A stretch of DNA of 64,000 nt from an uncultured virus (IMG/VR IMGVR_UViG_3300030329_003010) (IMGVR_UViG_3300030329_003010), one strand, 5' to 3'. Counted from the first letter of the stretch, positions 1 through 10,181 are shown. Numbers and translations: made by a program. Notes: generated by a model not told the origin, from the letters alone.

Positions 1-1
1 A

Positions 2-52
2 TTTGCATACAACCAAGAGCGGAAGGAGCAAATGAAAATGATGAAGACCTAA
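2..52 (+). CDS. 3' end of a truncated ORF entering the window
   Basis: Open frame FAYNQERKEQMKMMKT* ending at TAA 50-52, followed by a hairpin. Confidence 0.35.
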   Translation, partial: FAYNQERKEQMKMMKT

Positions 53-61
53 GCCCAAAGG

Positions 62-104
62 GACTCCCCCTTCGGGGGTCAGTCTAGCGTTTTTGCGCTA
101 GATT
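62..104 (+). terminator. GC hairpin (CCCC-TTCG-GGGG) plus second hairpin TCTAGCG/CGCTAGA at a convergent junction
   Basis: UUCG-loop stem directly after a + strand stop codon, T-rich sequence downstream. Confidence 0.5.
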
Positions 105-405
105 GGCCCCCACTTTTTTTATTTTCAAATTCACCAACCAAAATATGCACCATAACCCACAGTCAGAAATAGCCTTAATTTTGCGTATAGATACCCTAGA
201 ATGCACGCAAATTGATTTTAGGTCAATATATACCAGCGACCCTCTAAAGTGCGTTAAAACGCGTTTTAGAGGCATTCTAAGGCCTATGGCTTTCAGTCTA
301 ACGATTTTCTCTTTGTAATATATTCAACGCCAAAAATTAACATTTTTAGTCGTAGCCGTCTAGCCTAGCACCTTTCAAAAAATTTTACAAAAATTTTGAA
401 ACCAA

Positions 406-1914
406 CTATCTATACCTGCGACGGATTACTCCACCTATGCCCAACTTTCCTTTGCGAGCAATACCTCTACTCTTATTACCGCCAATCCATTCGCCGCCCG
501 ATAAACTGCCCATCGCAACCGCCACATCTCCCTGCGGAATCTGCAACTGGTCAACGGCGTGTGCAAACGCCATAGCCGCGTCGTTATGCTTACCTAAGTC
601 CACAATCAGTCCGTCGCGCCACGCGTGAGTCTCCAGTTCTTGAAACAGGATATTCACCTTACGTCGTGTTTCATCGTCGCCATATGGGAAAATTAACTTC
701 TCGCGCTCAAACCAAACGCGCAACCTGTTCATCAAACCCTGCTTCAACACTCGATTGCTGACCCGGCTCTTACGATAGTCCACCAAAGCACCCTTTTGAG
801 CCAACAAACTTTCATACAATTGTTGGAAGCCCACATCTTCTGCCGCCAGTGGCGCATTACCATAGCGTTTAATCATATCAATCAAAACATCAGCCTGTCT
901 ATCCGGTGGGAAATCGTTACGCCGCCACATATTTACAAAGTGGACAAAACCATCGCTATCCTGTCGGACCACAACTATTACCGAATAGTCCTGTCCTAAA
1001 CCTTGTGCGGGGTCAAACCCAATAACATACCGAGAGTCGTGTATCTTTTCAACCTCAAGTATTCCTTCCATATTCAAGTTCTTACGCACAAGCATACGGG
1101 GATATACTGCTGCCTCATCATCAACAACCCGACATAGATATTCCTGTATGAAAGATAACTCTCCCATAGCCTGTTTTTGTTCTAGTAAGAAATCAATCGG
1201 CCTGTATTCCGGCCACAATTCTTGTACCGGATGGCTTTCGGGGTCTTGTTTCCATTCATCCCAATTTGTAATCGCAGACCAAGTACCGGATTTCCATGCG
1301 TCATTTTCTAACATCTCCGTATGGTACAAATCATTCATACTCATCGGCGTACCGACCACATAGATGCTAGTACCCGGACTTAGCATCGGTGTAACCTTCT
1401 TACGAAACCAATCACGGGTAACGCCCGGATTTAAGTCGCCCATATCGTCTAGTACGTCATCAAAAGCGATAGCCGCCGGATGTTCACCACGAATAGCCGA
1501 CCCTACACTCGTAGCACGAATCCATGCGCCGTTAGTAAAGCGAAGTTCTAATTTGTTACCCCTGCGTGGGTCAAGATACCTACTAAGTTCGGGATGCCTC
1601 TTCATATCTTCTCGGATTTCTTCAAGACGACGAACCGCCAAATCTTTACTCGCAGAAAACAACCAAATGGTAAACGGCTTCTCACGCCATCGTTCAAAAA
1701 GACACTGATGCAATAACTTCACACGGAGAGTAGTAGATTTACTATGGTCCCGTGGTGCGATGATACAAACTCGGTGAACCTGCGCTCCTTCTCTTTTGCC
1801 GTACATATCCATCCATTCTCCAATGTGGTCGCCCCATGTGTAACCCAACCACTTATAGAAATATTCAATATCACTCTTACTACGAGCCATAGCGAAAGCA
1901 GAATTATTAGCCAC
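406..1914 (-). CDS. terL: Terminase large subunit
   Basis: Walker A APRDHSKS, Walker B IAFDD, coupling motif VGTP, RNase H-like nuclease GFDPA...DYS...HNDAAMA; GGTGA RBS before GTG start. Confidence 0.92.
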   Translation of the reverse strand: MANNSAFAMARSKSDIEYFYKWLGYTWGDHIGEWMDMYGKREGAQVHRVCIIAPRDHSKSTTLRVKLLHQCLFERWREKPFTIWLFSASKDLAVRRLEEIREDMKRHPELSRYLDPRRGNKLELRFTNGAWIRATSVGSAIRGEHPAAIAFDDVLDDMGDLNPGVTRDWFRKKVTPMLSPGTSIYVVGTPMSMNDLYHTEMLENDAWKSGTWSAITNWDEWKQDPESHPVQELWPEYRPIDFLLEQKQAMGELSFIQEYLCRVVDDEAAVYPRMLVRKNLNMEGILEVEKIHDSRYVIGFDPAQGLGQDYSVIVVVRQDSDGFVHFVNMWRRNDFPPDRQADVLIDMIKRYGNAPLAAEDVGFQQLYESLLAQKGALVDYRKSRVSNRVLKQGLMNRLRVWFEREKLIFPYGDDETRRKVNILFQELETHAWRDGLIVDLGKHNDAAMAFAHAVDQLQIPQGDVAVAMGSLSGGEWIGGNKSRGIARKGKLGIGGVIRRRYR

Positions 1915-1924
1915 ACCAAATCAC

Positions 1925-2044
1925 CTATCTAGGCCCAAGAGCCTTTTCACCACAATAAGGACATATACGTTTTAGTGCCTTTGCCCGTATCATTCTATCT
2001 GCGGCCCAACCACATGAGCGACAGACAACTGCTTCCCATTCCAT
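1925..2044 (-). CDS. 39-aa Zn-ribbon microprotein (MEWEAVVCRSCG...CPYCG...)
   Basis: Hand translation; two CxxC; GGAGG RBS; start overlaps upstream stop (TAATG). Confidence 0.7.
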   Translation of the reverse strand: MEWEAVVCRSCGWAADRMIRAKALKRICPYCGEKALGPR

Positions 2045-2196
2045 TAGTATCTTCCTCCTAATTGAAATCTAACACAATCTTTAACACATTCAAAACAAAC
2101 GCATCTGCCGTCAATCCACATTATTTCACGAAAATAAACACTACACAAAGCACACTGGAACCGTTCAAAATCCCTAGAGCCTCCCATTCTACTCAT
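2044..2196 (-). CDS. 50-aa Zn-finger microprotein (CALC...CFEC)
   Basis: Hand translation; CxxC pairs; translationally coupled to both neighbours. Confidence 0.65.
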   Translation of the reverse strand: MSRMGGSRDFERFQCALCSVYFREIMWIDGRCVCFECVKDCVRFQLGGRY

Positions 2197-2326
2197 CTCG
2201 TACCACCCTCATATAGCCACAGTATATCCTTTTTCCATCTTTATAGACCATGCACTTAGTATCACAAAGCACCTTTTCTTTACCGCAATTATTACAGCGA
2301 CGTAATTTAGATGTTTTACTCTTCAT
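2189..2326 (-). CDS. 45-aa Cys-rich microprotein (CNNCG...C...C...CG)
   Basis: Hand translation; GGTGA RBS; overlaps the stop of the phosphoesterase gene. Confidence 0.6.
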   Translation of the reverse strand: MKSKTSKLRRCNNCGKEKVLCDTKCMVYKDGKRIYCGYMRVVRDE

Positions 2327-3779
2327 GTTCCATCACCGGAGCATACAAACTCCCAACTAATCCTTGTTCACAATCAATAATGTGGGCGCACAATCCGGGG
2401 CGTGAACGATACCCATGTCGCGCATGATACCTGTCTGCGCCCGCCAAACTTGGTAATTGAACTACAAAAGCACCGTTGTTTTCGGTCAAAGACCTATGAT
2501 GCAAATGCCCGTGGAACCAAACGTGGTTTTCACAAAGCCCCCATTCTTTACGTTGTTCTTGAGCCATCAAACTAGGAAGTCTATCCGGCTTGATAGAATC
2601 ACCATGCGTAAAGCCCAATAAATTCTCACGCCAAACTACATACTGTCGTGTACCAGCATTAATAACTACTTCAACATCATCTGCCCGTTCATACACCGCA
2701 CTAAGATACATCATAAGTGCTAGGCTGCTCATACGGTCATGATTACCCGGCATAAATACAACCTGTACAGGTGCAACGGCTCTTAGCATCTCAATATGCT
2801 CACGGGCCATTTCGCAACCGCTCATCATAATTTGACCGGGACTACCAGCAACGTCTTGTGGAGTACCTTTTGTTGTTGTAGCAAAGTCGGTATCAATGTG
2901 GAACCAATCACTACCTGTTGGTACAATAATCTTTTCCGGCTGACCCGGCAACCTACCAATCAAATTCTGCGTCTTGGAAATCAAGCGGCTGCGAGCAATA
3001 CCAAAGTCATAAGCCTCTCCTGTCTCATCTTCCCAACCGTATTTACCCCAATGGAAATCCGTAGGAGATATAACCGCAACATACTCACTGATAGGAGTTT
3101 CTAATTTAATTGGTTTGTATCGGGCCGAAAAATCAACGTCGGCTAAAAGATTACGGAACTCATTAAGTAAGTAATAATCTAACTCATTAAATGCCTCCGC
3201 ATCCTTTTTCATTTGGCGCATCATTTTTGCTTCTGCCTTTTTCATAAAACCCATACGTTGCTTTTCAATAATATCTTCTATCATATCATCTACATCACGA
3301 CTAAGCATATCTTCATCGGTATATGGGTCCATATCGTGCTTCCACATATGTATCTTAACATATTCAGAAATCCACTGGCGAGGAAATCCGAACTTTAGAG
3401 CCATTTGACTAATTGTGTAACCTTTACCAGTAAAGTCACTGTAAGCGTTTTTCATCAAACGGTGTGTATCACCATCTACTACTACCATGCCGCCAGTGCT
3501 TTTTAATGATGTAATGTATCTATCGTTGTGTTTATCATAATAATAATCTTCGCCACTAAGCCAACCATCTTCATCATCAAGAAACTCCGACGGTCTTGGT
3601 AATTCTTCAAGTGCGTTCTTTTTCATGTATCTTTTTATTGCGGTGCGCCAAGCCTCTGCGTTTTTACCACCTTCATCTATTTCTGCTAAAAATCTAGCAA
3701 ATTCGGCGATATTATACCAGCCGTTGTTCACATATCTATCTAAGAGTTCGCGGATGTACTCTCCTCTAACGTGCCTCAT
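2316..3779 (-). CDS. Calcineurin-like metallophosphoesterase with N-terminal helical/HTH region
   Basis: Motifs TDFH, GSD, GNHD, THGD, HGHLH; TTTATTAA TATA box about 23 nt upstream. Confidence 0.82.
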   Translation of the reverse strand: MRHVRGEYIRELLDRYVNNGWYNIAEFARFLAEIDEGGKNAEAWRTAIKRYMKKNALEELPRPSEFLDDEDGWLSGEDYYYDKHNDRYITSLKSTGGMVVVDGDTHRLMKNAYSDFTGKGYTISQMALKFGFPRQWISEYVKIHMWKHDMDPYTDEDMLSRDVDDMIEDIIEKQRMGFMKKAEAKMMRQMKKDAEAFNELDYYLLNEFRNLLADVDFSARYKPIKLETPISEYVAVISPTDFHWGKYGWEDETGEAYDFGIARSRLISKTQNLIGRLPGQPEKIIVPTGSDWFHIDTDFATTTKGTPQDVAGSPGQIMMSGCEMAREHIEMLRAVAPVQVVFMPGNHDRMSSLALMMYLSAVYERADDVEVVINAGTRQYVVWRENLLGFTHGDSIKPDRLPSLMAQEQRKEWGLCENHVWFHGHLHHRSLTENNGAFVVQLPSLAGADRYHARHGYRSRPGLCAHIIDCEQGLVGSLYAPVMEHEE

Positions 3780-3819
3780 AAAATCTAATGATTAGTGTTG
3801 CTTAATAAAGGGATGGGTT

Positions 3820-4030
3820 CAGTCTATTGTTTTTATTGTTTTTGCTACTTACTGAAAAAAATAATCAATAGACAGGGCCGCAAAATAACTAATTAATTTT
3901 TTTCTTCTTTAATGTGTTTAGGGTTCTTCCTAATTTTCTTAAACATCTTTGAAATAAAAAAACAATAAAAAAAACTAGCAGACGTAAAGCCATTAATTTT
4001 TTCAGAAGAAAATTGAAAGAATAAAAACAA
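3820..4030. promoter_or_regulatory. AT-rich intergenic element with nested inverted repeats between divergent modules (origin- or pac-like)
   Basis: GTCTATTG/CAATAGAC and TGTTTAG/CTTAAACA inverted repeats; similar to 46321-46434. Confidence 0.45.
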
Positions 4031-4042
4031 TTCATACAAACC

Positions 4043-4342
4043 TTGATACGAGGCAATAATAAATGGTTAATTGTGAAAATAAATGCTTTAGACCTTCCCG
4101 CATTGTGGAGTGCATTAAGAAACGACGAAGACTTTCAGATGTGTTACGACGAAGCGCAAACTGCTTGTTTAGATGTACCCGGATATGTAAATACAAGCCT
4201 AGTATTAGCCGCGATTTTTGCAGAAGCACTGTTTTTCATATTTTTGTTTATATCTACGCGGGTAATGTTAAAACATCGTAAAAAGTCTCGCAAAGATAAT
4301 GGAGCCAAGCGAGGGCAGGGCCATAATAGAGAGGCTCGATAG
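4043..4342 (+). CDS. Small membrane protein
   Basis: One hydrophobic helix followed by a basic tail; start uncertain. Confidence 0.5.
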   Translation: MIRGNNKWLIVKINALDLPALWSALRNDEDFQMCYDEAQTACLDVPGYVNTSLVLAAIFAEALFFIFLFISTRVMLKHRKKSRKDNGAKRGQGHNREAR

Positions 4343-4592
4343 CCTCCGAAATAGAATGGACCGACAGGATGGTAGAATAGGTGAAATCGTTGGCTATGTG
4401 CGCCAACCTTACGAAAATACAAGCCGATTAATGTCGCTTGAACTCAAAGTTGATGAGATACAAAAGGATATACAGGCTATCAAGGCCGGTCCAGTGTACT
4501 CACTAGACCGAGCAATTAACAAAAAAATCGCAAAAAGTGGCGGAATTCTCATGATTTTGCTAATTTTGGCTCAAAGTTTGGCGATGATTTAA
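4299..4592 (+). CDS. Coiled-coil protein with C-terminal membrane anchor
   Basis: Heptad-like region plus C-terminal GGILMILLILAQSL. Confidence 0.65.
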   Translation: MEPSEGRAIIERLDSLRNRMDRQDGRIGEIVGYVRQPYENTSRLMSLELKVDEIQKDIQAIKAGPVYSLDRAINKKIAKSGGILMILLILAQSLAMI

Positions 4593-4617
4593 TAATCAAC
4601 AGAAATAGTCGCTTTGT

Positions 4618-6015
4618 ATGGTAGAGCGAAAGCCCCGTCGGTTTTCTTGGTTTAGACGGGCAGAAGCAGAAGAGAAACCACAGACGAGGGTTGGTACAAA
4701 CACCCCACTTAGAGTTGCGGCAGGTATTCCCGACATCATGCGGGACACCGAAGTTTTACAAAAAGATAGTAACTTCGACAATGAGTTTGACTTGTACGAC
4801 AAAATGATTAAACTAGACCCCGAACTCAACGGAGCAGTTCGCGCCGTAAGTCTAACTGCTAACAATTACGAGATAGATTACTCGCGTGGTAAAAACGGTA
4901 CAATAAGAAATGCTATCGAAGAACTTGTACATAAAATTGATTTCGATGATTTCCTAATTAATGCTATGCGCTCACTTATGGTATATGGTAACGACATCAA
5001 CAAATTGGTCGGTAAAGCAGGTCTAGGTATTACAGATGTACAAAGCCTTCCAGTGAAACAAATTACTATTGTTGATGAGCGCGGCGGTCTTGAATCATAC
5101 TTCGTGGCCGATGAAGACTCTCCAATAATTCGCCCTGTAACATATATGTTACGCGAAGCAACTCTTTACGAACAAGCATTCCCTGTTGACGAAATACTAC
5201 ACATCCGTATTGACTACCGTTCCAATTGGTTCACAGATAACAAAGGTAGGCGCACTTACGGTGTATGGGGAGCATCCCGATTTACTTCCCTAAAACAACC
5301 AATTCGTGCAAAGTATAACACTATTAACAATCGCGTTTCACTAGAAGATGCGATGACCAAGCAATACATTACAATCGACCAGTCTGCTATTGAACATATA
5401 CAAGACCCAATAGAGCAGAAGGAAAGATTACAGTATATTATTGACGAAGTTATTACTCTTTTCGATGGGCTGCGAGGCGACCAAATTCCAGTGCTTCCGC
5501 ACTATGTACAATTGCACCATGTTGATTTAGAAAACACAATCCCTTCTTCATCAGACTTTTTAGACACCATTAACGCTGATATTGCGGCAGTTCTACAAGT
5601 TCCCCGTGTGGCTGCTGGTCAAGAACGAGGCTCAACCTTTGCTGCTACCTACAACGCTAACTTGTGGGCGGTCCAAGCAATTAGTAGGCTACAAAAGATT
5701 CTCGGAGAGGCAGTACATCGCCTCTTTTCCACCCATCTTGAATTATCGGGCATACCGCACAGTATGGCGGACATTCCCCCGATTAGATTTGAGGCTATGA
5801 ACGAAGAGTCCCCTCTTGCTATGATGCAACGCGCAGTTATGGGCTACAATGCTGGCGTTATTACGCTAAACCAAGCATTAGATATGGTAAACCTCCCATT
5901 GGCCGGTGCAGAAGGTGAAGAAAGAAAGGAATCTTCAAACGACACTCCCGACATAGGTGACTTGCCTAGAGAGGATTCTCAAGAGGGCGCGTCGGATTTG
6001 GTAGAAGATGAGTAA
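4618..6015 (+). CDS. Portal protein
   Basis: 465 aa, head-module position, portal-like segments (LMVYGND, DEILHIR, YGxxGxS, IAAVLQVP, GVITLNQA). Confidence 0.85.
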   Translation: MVERKPRRFSWFRRAEAEEKPQTRVGTNTPLRVAAGIPDIMRDTEVLQKDSNFDNEFDLYDKMIKLDPELNGAVRAVSLTANNYEIDYSRGKNGTIRNAIEELVHKIDFDDFLINAMRSLMVYGNDINKLVGKAGLGITDVQSLPVKQITIVDERGGLESYFVADEDSPIIRPVTYMLREATLYEQAFPVDEILHIRIDYRSNWFTDNKGRRTYGVWGASRFTSLKQPIRAKYNTINNRVSLEDAMTKQYITIDQSAIEHIQDPIEQKERLQYIIDEVITLFDGLRGDQIPVLPHYVQLHHVDLENTIPSSSDFLDTINADIAAVLQVPRVAAGQERGSTFAATYNANLWAVQAISRLQKILGEAVHRLFSTHLELSGIPHSMADIPPIRFEAMNEESPLAMMQRAVMGYNAGVITLNQALDMVNLPLAGAEGEERKESSNDTPDIGDLPREDSQEGASDLVEDE

Positions 6016-6361
6016 GAAAAATGGTAGGTCGTTTAACGACAAGATGATAGCGCGTACCGTCTTACCAGTAATCTATTTATGGATGGCTTCTGCTGGCGCA
6101 GTTGTCGCTATGGGTATTTACGCTCCCGACGTAGTTCTAACTAATCTTGACGGCTTTATCGCTCTTATTGCTATTATTGGCGGTGTGGCCGCTCCAGCAT
6201 TTAACACGCTTATGCGTATGTGGGAATCAGAACAGGCAGCAGAAGTCGCTGAAATACCAGCAGACTTTGAGCATGAAAGAGAAAGAGAAGTTGACCAACA
6301 TCAACATACAATGATAGTAGAAAAACATGAGGCAGGTGTGAAGAGTGGCGGAAAATCCTGA
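6008..6361 (+). CDS. Two-TM membrane protein (holin-like)
   Basis: Two hydrophobic helices and a charged C-terminus. Confidence 0.6.
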   Translation: MSKKNGRSFNDKMIARTVLPVIYLWMASAGAVVAMGIYAPDVVLTNLDGFIALIAIIGGVAAPAFNTLMRMWESEQAAEVAEIPADFEHEREREVDQHQHTMIVEKHEAGVKSGGKS

Positions 6362-7847
6362 CGATTTCGATATGCTAGTCCGTAAGGCTAAAACTCTTGC
6401 AGAAGCCACTGGTCGTTCCGAAGAGGATGTTCTAGCGGACCTAATGGATGACGGTGTGCTTAATGAATCCAATAAAGAAAAGCGCGACCTTGTTTCTGAA
6501 TTGAAAGAGGCGGCAGAACTCATTAACACTGTACAGGCAATTAATAGAGAAGTATCAGATAATAAGGTTCTAAATGGTAACGGTAACTCTACTAACGTAG
6601 AAATAGAAACTACGCTAGAAGGCGACATAGTGGACCGGGCTATCGAATCCGTACAACGTAAGGCCGAAAACATTAAGAAAATACTAATATTAATTTCTCC
6701 TATTTTCTTATTATTAGGCGGTGGTAGCCTAGAAATGTTTGGTGTTACAGACTTTACTGGTAACGATGATGATTATGATGATACTTACTACGAAGTTTGG
6801 GGATGCACTGATTACGAGGCAGAAAATTACGATGAGTATGCGAACATGGATGACGGCTCATGTTATTATCCTACTTATGGTTGTACCAATGATGCTGCGC
6901 CCAATTATGACCCCGAAGCCGATATAGATGATGGCTCATGCGAACCAAATCCCCCTCCACCAAGACCCGGTTGTACAGACCCCGAAGCCGAAAACTATGA
7001 TGAAGAGGCACAGGAGGATGACGGCTCTTGTACCTACGAAGAACCCGAACCTATCTACGGATGTACTGATTCCGAAGCAAATAACTACGATGCAGAAGCA
7101 GGAGAAGATGATGGGTCATGTGAATATGATGAGCCGGAACCCGAACCCGAACCGGAGCCGGAAAACAACTGTACTGTTGAAATAACCAATCATTATCGAG
7201 GTCATGTGGCCGAAGATGATGAACAAGATGCAATCCTAATAGCATTCCGTATTGTACCGAATGATTGCGAAGGTGAAACAATTGAGGTTGATATTGATAT
7301 GCACCCTCCCGGCGAAGATGATGAAGTGGACTACCATCAGTATGTAACTGTAAGTGGTAATGAATCAACTGATGTCTCACATACCTTTGATAATGTTGCT
7401 TCGGGCGTTTGGGTTCCTAGAATTACTGCGGCACTTGATAACGAACCGGTTGAGGTAATTTGGATGTGGTCAATTGAAGTCGAAGAAGAAACTTGTGAAA
7501 TTAATCTATTTGCTATTAACATAGGAACAAACAATACTTCGGCAGTTGTCTTTTATGACCTTGATTGCGGCACAGAACCCAATCAATTAGATGGTTATAA
7601 TGTAACTGTTCAGTTTCTTGTGTATAATGTGAACTCAACGAATAGTAGTGAACTCCCTATTAAGTATAATACAACAGAACATTACATACAAGGATATGCA
7701 GATGACCCGCGTATGTTACGCTTAACTAATTTCACTAGCAACAATACAACTGCGTATGACTTTTATTGGTATGCTTCTTGGGAAAATGCTGACGGCGAAT
7801 GGGAATTTGTTGAACGAATGTGGCTAAATAGAGAGTTAAGTGCTTGA
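6345..7847 (+). CDS. Membrane-anchored acidic protein with four GCTD-x-A-x-NY-x-A-x-DDGSC repeats
   Basis: Single TM segment, four Cys-bounded repeats, EP linker, beta-rich C-terminal region. Confidence 0.8.
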   Translation: MAENPDDFDMLVRKAKTLAEATGRSEEDVLADLMDDGVLNESNKEKRDLVSELKEAAELINTVQAINREVSDNKVLNGNGNSTNVEIETTLEGDIVDRAIESVQRKAENIKKILILISPIFLLLGGGSLEMFGVTDFTGNDDDYDDTYYEVWGCTDYEAENYDEYANMDDGSCYYPTYGCTNDAAPNYDPEADIDDGSCEPNPPPPRPGCTDPEAENYDEEAQEDDGSCTYEEPEPIYGCTDSEANNYDAEAGEDDGSCEYDEPEPEPEPEPENNCTVEITNHYRGHVAEDDEQDAILIAFRIVPNDCEGETIEVDIDMHPPGEDDEVDYHQYVTVSGNESTDVSHTFDNVASGVWVPRITAALDNEPVEVIWMWSIEVEEETCEINLFAINIGTNNTSAVVFYDLDCGTEPNQLDGYNVTVQFLVYNVNSTNSSELPIKYNTTEHYIQGYADDPRMLRLTNFTSNNTTAYDFYWYASWENADGEWEFVERMWLNRELSA

Positions 7848-8287
7848 GGTGGGAAATGTTCGACATATTACAAGAAGTCGAACTAAAAGAACGGCTAGAA
7901 AACTTTCAAAGTTCCACAGACAAAGGTTATCCCGAATCCGTAACTCCTCTTACATACTATACAAAAAAAGAAAATGATAAAATTTTAGCATACTCTTCTT
8001 TTTCTGATATGGGTGATTTTTACTTTGTAGGCAATACCTATGTTATGCCTCACAGTAGAGGTCAAGGAATATACGGCAGACTATTAACTAGCAGAAACAA
8101 GCATCTATCCGATAAACCTAAAGTTACTCTTGTAAATCCTATTGAGGGTACAGATATACAAATACTAAAAAACCAAGTGGCTAAACAAGGAGGCGTAGAA
8201 GTTACTTGTTATGAACAAGTAGCAGATATAATGAGCCAAGACCTTTACAAAACACTATGTTGTTTGCCGGTTTACATATACAGGTGA
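7844..8287 (+). CDS. GNAT-family acetyltransferase
   Basis: Acetyl-CoA motif A YVMPHSRGQGIY. Confidence 0.7.
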   Translation: MRWEMFDILQEVELKERLENFQSSTDKGYPESVTPLTYYTKKENDKILAYSSFSDMGDFYFVGNTYVMPHSRGQGIYGRLLTSRNKHLSDKPKVTLVNPIEGTDIQILKNQVAKQGGVEVTCYEQVADIMSQDLYKTLCCLPVYIYR

Positions 8288-8291
8288 TACC

Positions 8292-10181
8292 ATGCCGACA
8301 CCTAAAGAAAATGAATCAAAAGATGATTTTTTGGACCGTTGCATGGCTGACTCCAAAATGAATGAAGAGTTTCCTAATAATGACCAAAGGTTTGCTGTAT
8401 GTAATAATTATGCTGATAAAACGGCAGAAGAAGAATATGAGGATTGGGGAGAAACCGCTACTGCGGCAGAATACAAAGGTCGTAGTGTAACACTTAACAA
8501 GCCATTCCGAACACCAAACGAAAGTAAAAAGTTTGGAGTGTATGTAAAAAACTCTAGTGGTCGCGTAATTATTGTAAGATTTGGCGACCCTAATATGGAA
8601 ATAAAACGAGATGACCCAAAACGACGTAAAGCATTTCGTGACCGACACAACTGCGATACTGCAACAGATAAGACTACTCCTAGATATTGGTCATGTCGTC
8701 AATGGCGTGGCGGTAAAAAGGTAGAGGCCGAAGAGTTGAATAATCACTCAGAAGATTTGGTTGCTATGGAGTGCGGTTGTGGTTGTGATGGTAATGGCCA
8801 AGATGTAGAAGCAGAAATGCTTTATTGTGAAGGTTGTGCAGCACAAACAGAATGTGCTGAAAAAGGACAATGTGTAAATAACGCAGAAGCGGCTGAACCA
8901 ACTCCTAGCCCCGATGAAACTCACGCAGAATATATGACTCGTTGTATGGCTATGGGTTATAGTAACGAAGAATGTATGATAGCGCACGAAGGTCACAAAT
9001 TCAAAGACCAAGATGAGCCACATGATAAGTCTGACCACGAAGCAAAACACAAAAAAGACCATGACTACGGTTATGCAGAAGAAATTTCAGTTACTATTGA
9101 TTTAGAAGTTTCAGATGTTGTTGCGGTAGTAGAGGCTACTACAAAGCAAACTATTATAGAAATTCGTGGGGTTGCTTTCCACGAAGGTATGAATAAGAAT
9201 AATTGGTCCCTTACCCGTGAAGGTGCAGAAGTCGTGGTTGAACAAATGGTGGGAGCGGACGTAACACTCAACCATCCTAAAGCACATGAGGAAGGGGCGG
9301 GTTTCACCCGCAACATGAATGGTGATGTTGATGAAGCCGTCGTCGGCGTAATCAAACAAGCATCCATTCGTGACCTTTCCGATGGGCGTTGGGAAGTAAC
9401 CTATGTAGCCCATGTAGTTCGTACAGAACTCTTTGCTGCTCTTGAGTCCGGCCTTTGGGAGCGCGAAAACTATGGTGTTTCAATCGGAGGCACAGGTATT
9501 CCAGTTTCATCCTCCGAGGATGGAATTGTATTCGGCGAAAGGTTCCGGTTTGACCACTTGGCTATTGTCCACAAACCGGCATATCCACGCGCTAACATCG
9601 AATCAGTACAACGAATTGAAGTACAAGAACAGGAAATAGAGGCTTCTGAAATGCTTAAGTATCATTCACCTACTGAGGAGGGACAACAACAGGTGATTGC
9701 TATGACCGATGAAGAGATGAACGACGCTAACAACGAGATGGAGGCACTTAAGGCTGAACTCGTTTTGGCTAATGCTAGAGTAAATGAATTTGAGGCCGCA
9801 GAAGCAGCCCGTGTAGAAGAAAGCCGAATGGAATTAGTTTCCGAGGCTTCTGAATTGGGTATGAGCGGTCATGAAGACCTATCCACAGACACACTAAAGA
9901 GCCTAATTGCGTCATGGCGCGAGGCTCATCCTGACCCGGAGCCAGTAGAAATGGCTCCAGTCGCAGAACCACAGGTTGCATCCGAGGAGCCAGTAATTGC
10001 TTCCGAGACACCAACACATGTGGTCGCTAACTATCTCAACGGCAAAATGGTCGAAACCGACGAAAGCACCTATGCTAAAGCATGGAACGCATGGGCTTCT
10101 GCTTGGAACAAGACATTGGCTGTTGCGGAGCGCAATACAATGCGCGCACCAAACTTTGAAGAAAGAAAGGAGATGATTTAA
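8292..10181 (+). CDS. Multidomain prohead protease / scaffold polyprotein
   Basis: Between portal and capsid; protease-like core (MNKNNW...VTLNHP...VSIG...FDHLAIVHKPAY); acidic coiled-coil C-terminus. Confidence 0.8.
   Translation: MPTPKENESKDDFLDRCMADSKMNEEFPNNDQRFAVCNNYADKTAEEEYEDWGETATAAEYKGRSVTLNKPFRTPNESKKFGVYVKNSSGRVIIVRFGDPNMEIKRDDPKRRKAFRDRHNCDTATDKTTPRYWSCRQWRGGKKVEAEELNNHSEDLVAMECGCGCDGNGQDVEAEMLYCEGCAAQTECAEKGQCVNNAEAAEPTPSPDETHAEYMTRCMAMGYSNEECMIAHEGHKFKDQDEPHDKSDHEAKHKKDHDYGYAEEISVTIDLEVSDVVAVVEATTKQTIIEIRGVAFHEGMNKNNWSLTREGAEVVVEQMVGADVTLNHPKAHEEGAGFTRNMNGDVDEAVVGVIKQASIRDLSDGRWEVTYVAHVVRTELFAALESGLWERENYGVSIGGTGIPVSSSEDGIVFGERFRFDHLAIVHKPAYPRANIESVQRIEVQEQEIEASEMLKYHSPTEEGQQQVIAMTDEEMNDANNEMEALKAELVLANARVNEFEAAEAARVEESRMELVSEASELGMSGHEDLSTDTLKSLIASWREAHPDPEPVEMAPVAEPQVASEEPVIASETPTHVVANYLNGKMVETDESTYAKAWNAWASAWNKTLAVAERNTMRAPNFEERKEMI
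9702..10181 (+). CDS. Probable separately translated scaffold protein (nested in-frame start)
   Basis: AGGTGA RBS before in-frame ATG 9702; promoter-like ATGCTTAAGTATCA at 9651-9664. Confidence 0.55.
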   Translation: MTDEEMNDANNEMEALKAELVLANARVNEFEAAEAARVEESRMELVSEASELGMSGHEDLSTDTLKSLIASWREAHPDPEPVEMAPVAEPQVASEEPVIASETPTHVVANYLNGKMVETDESTYAKAWNAWASAWNKTLAVAERNTMRAPNFEERKEMI

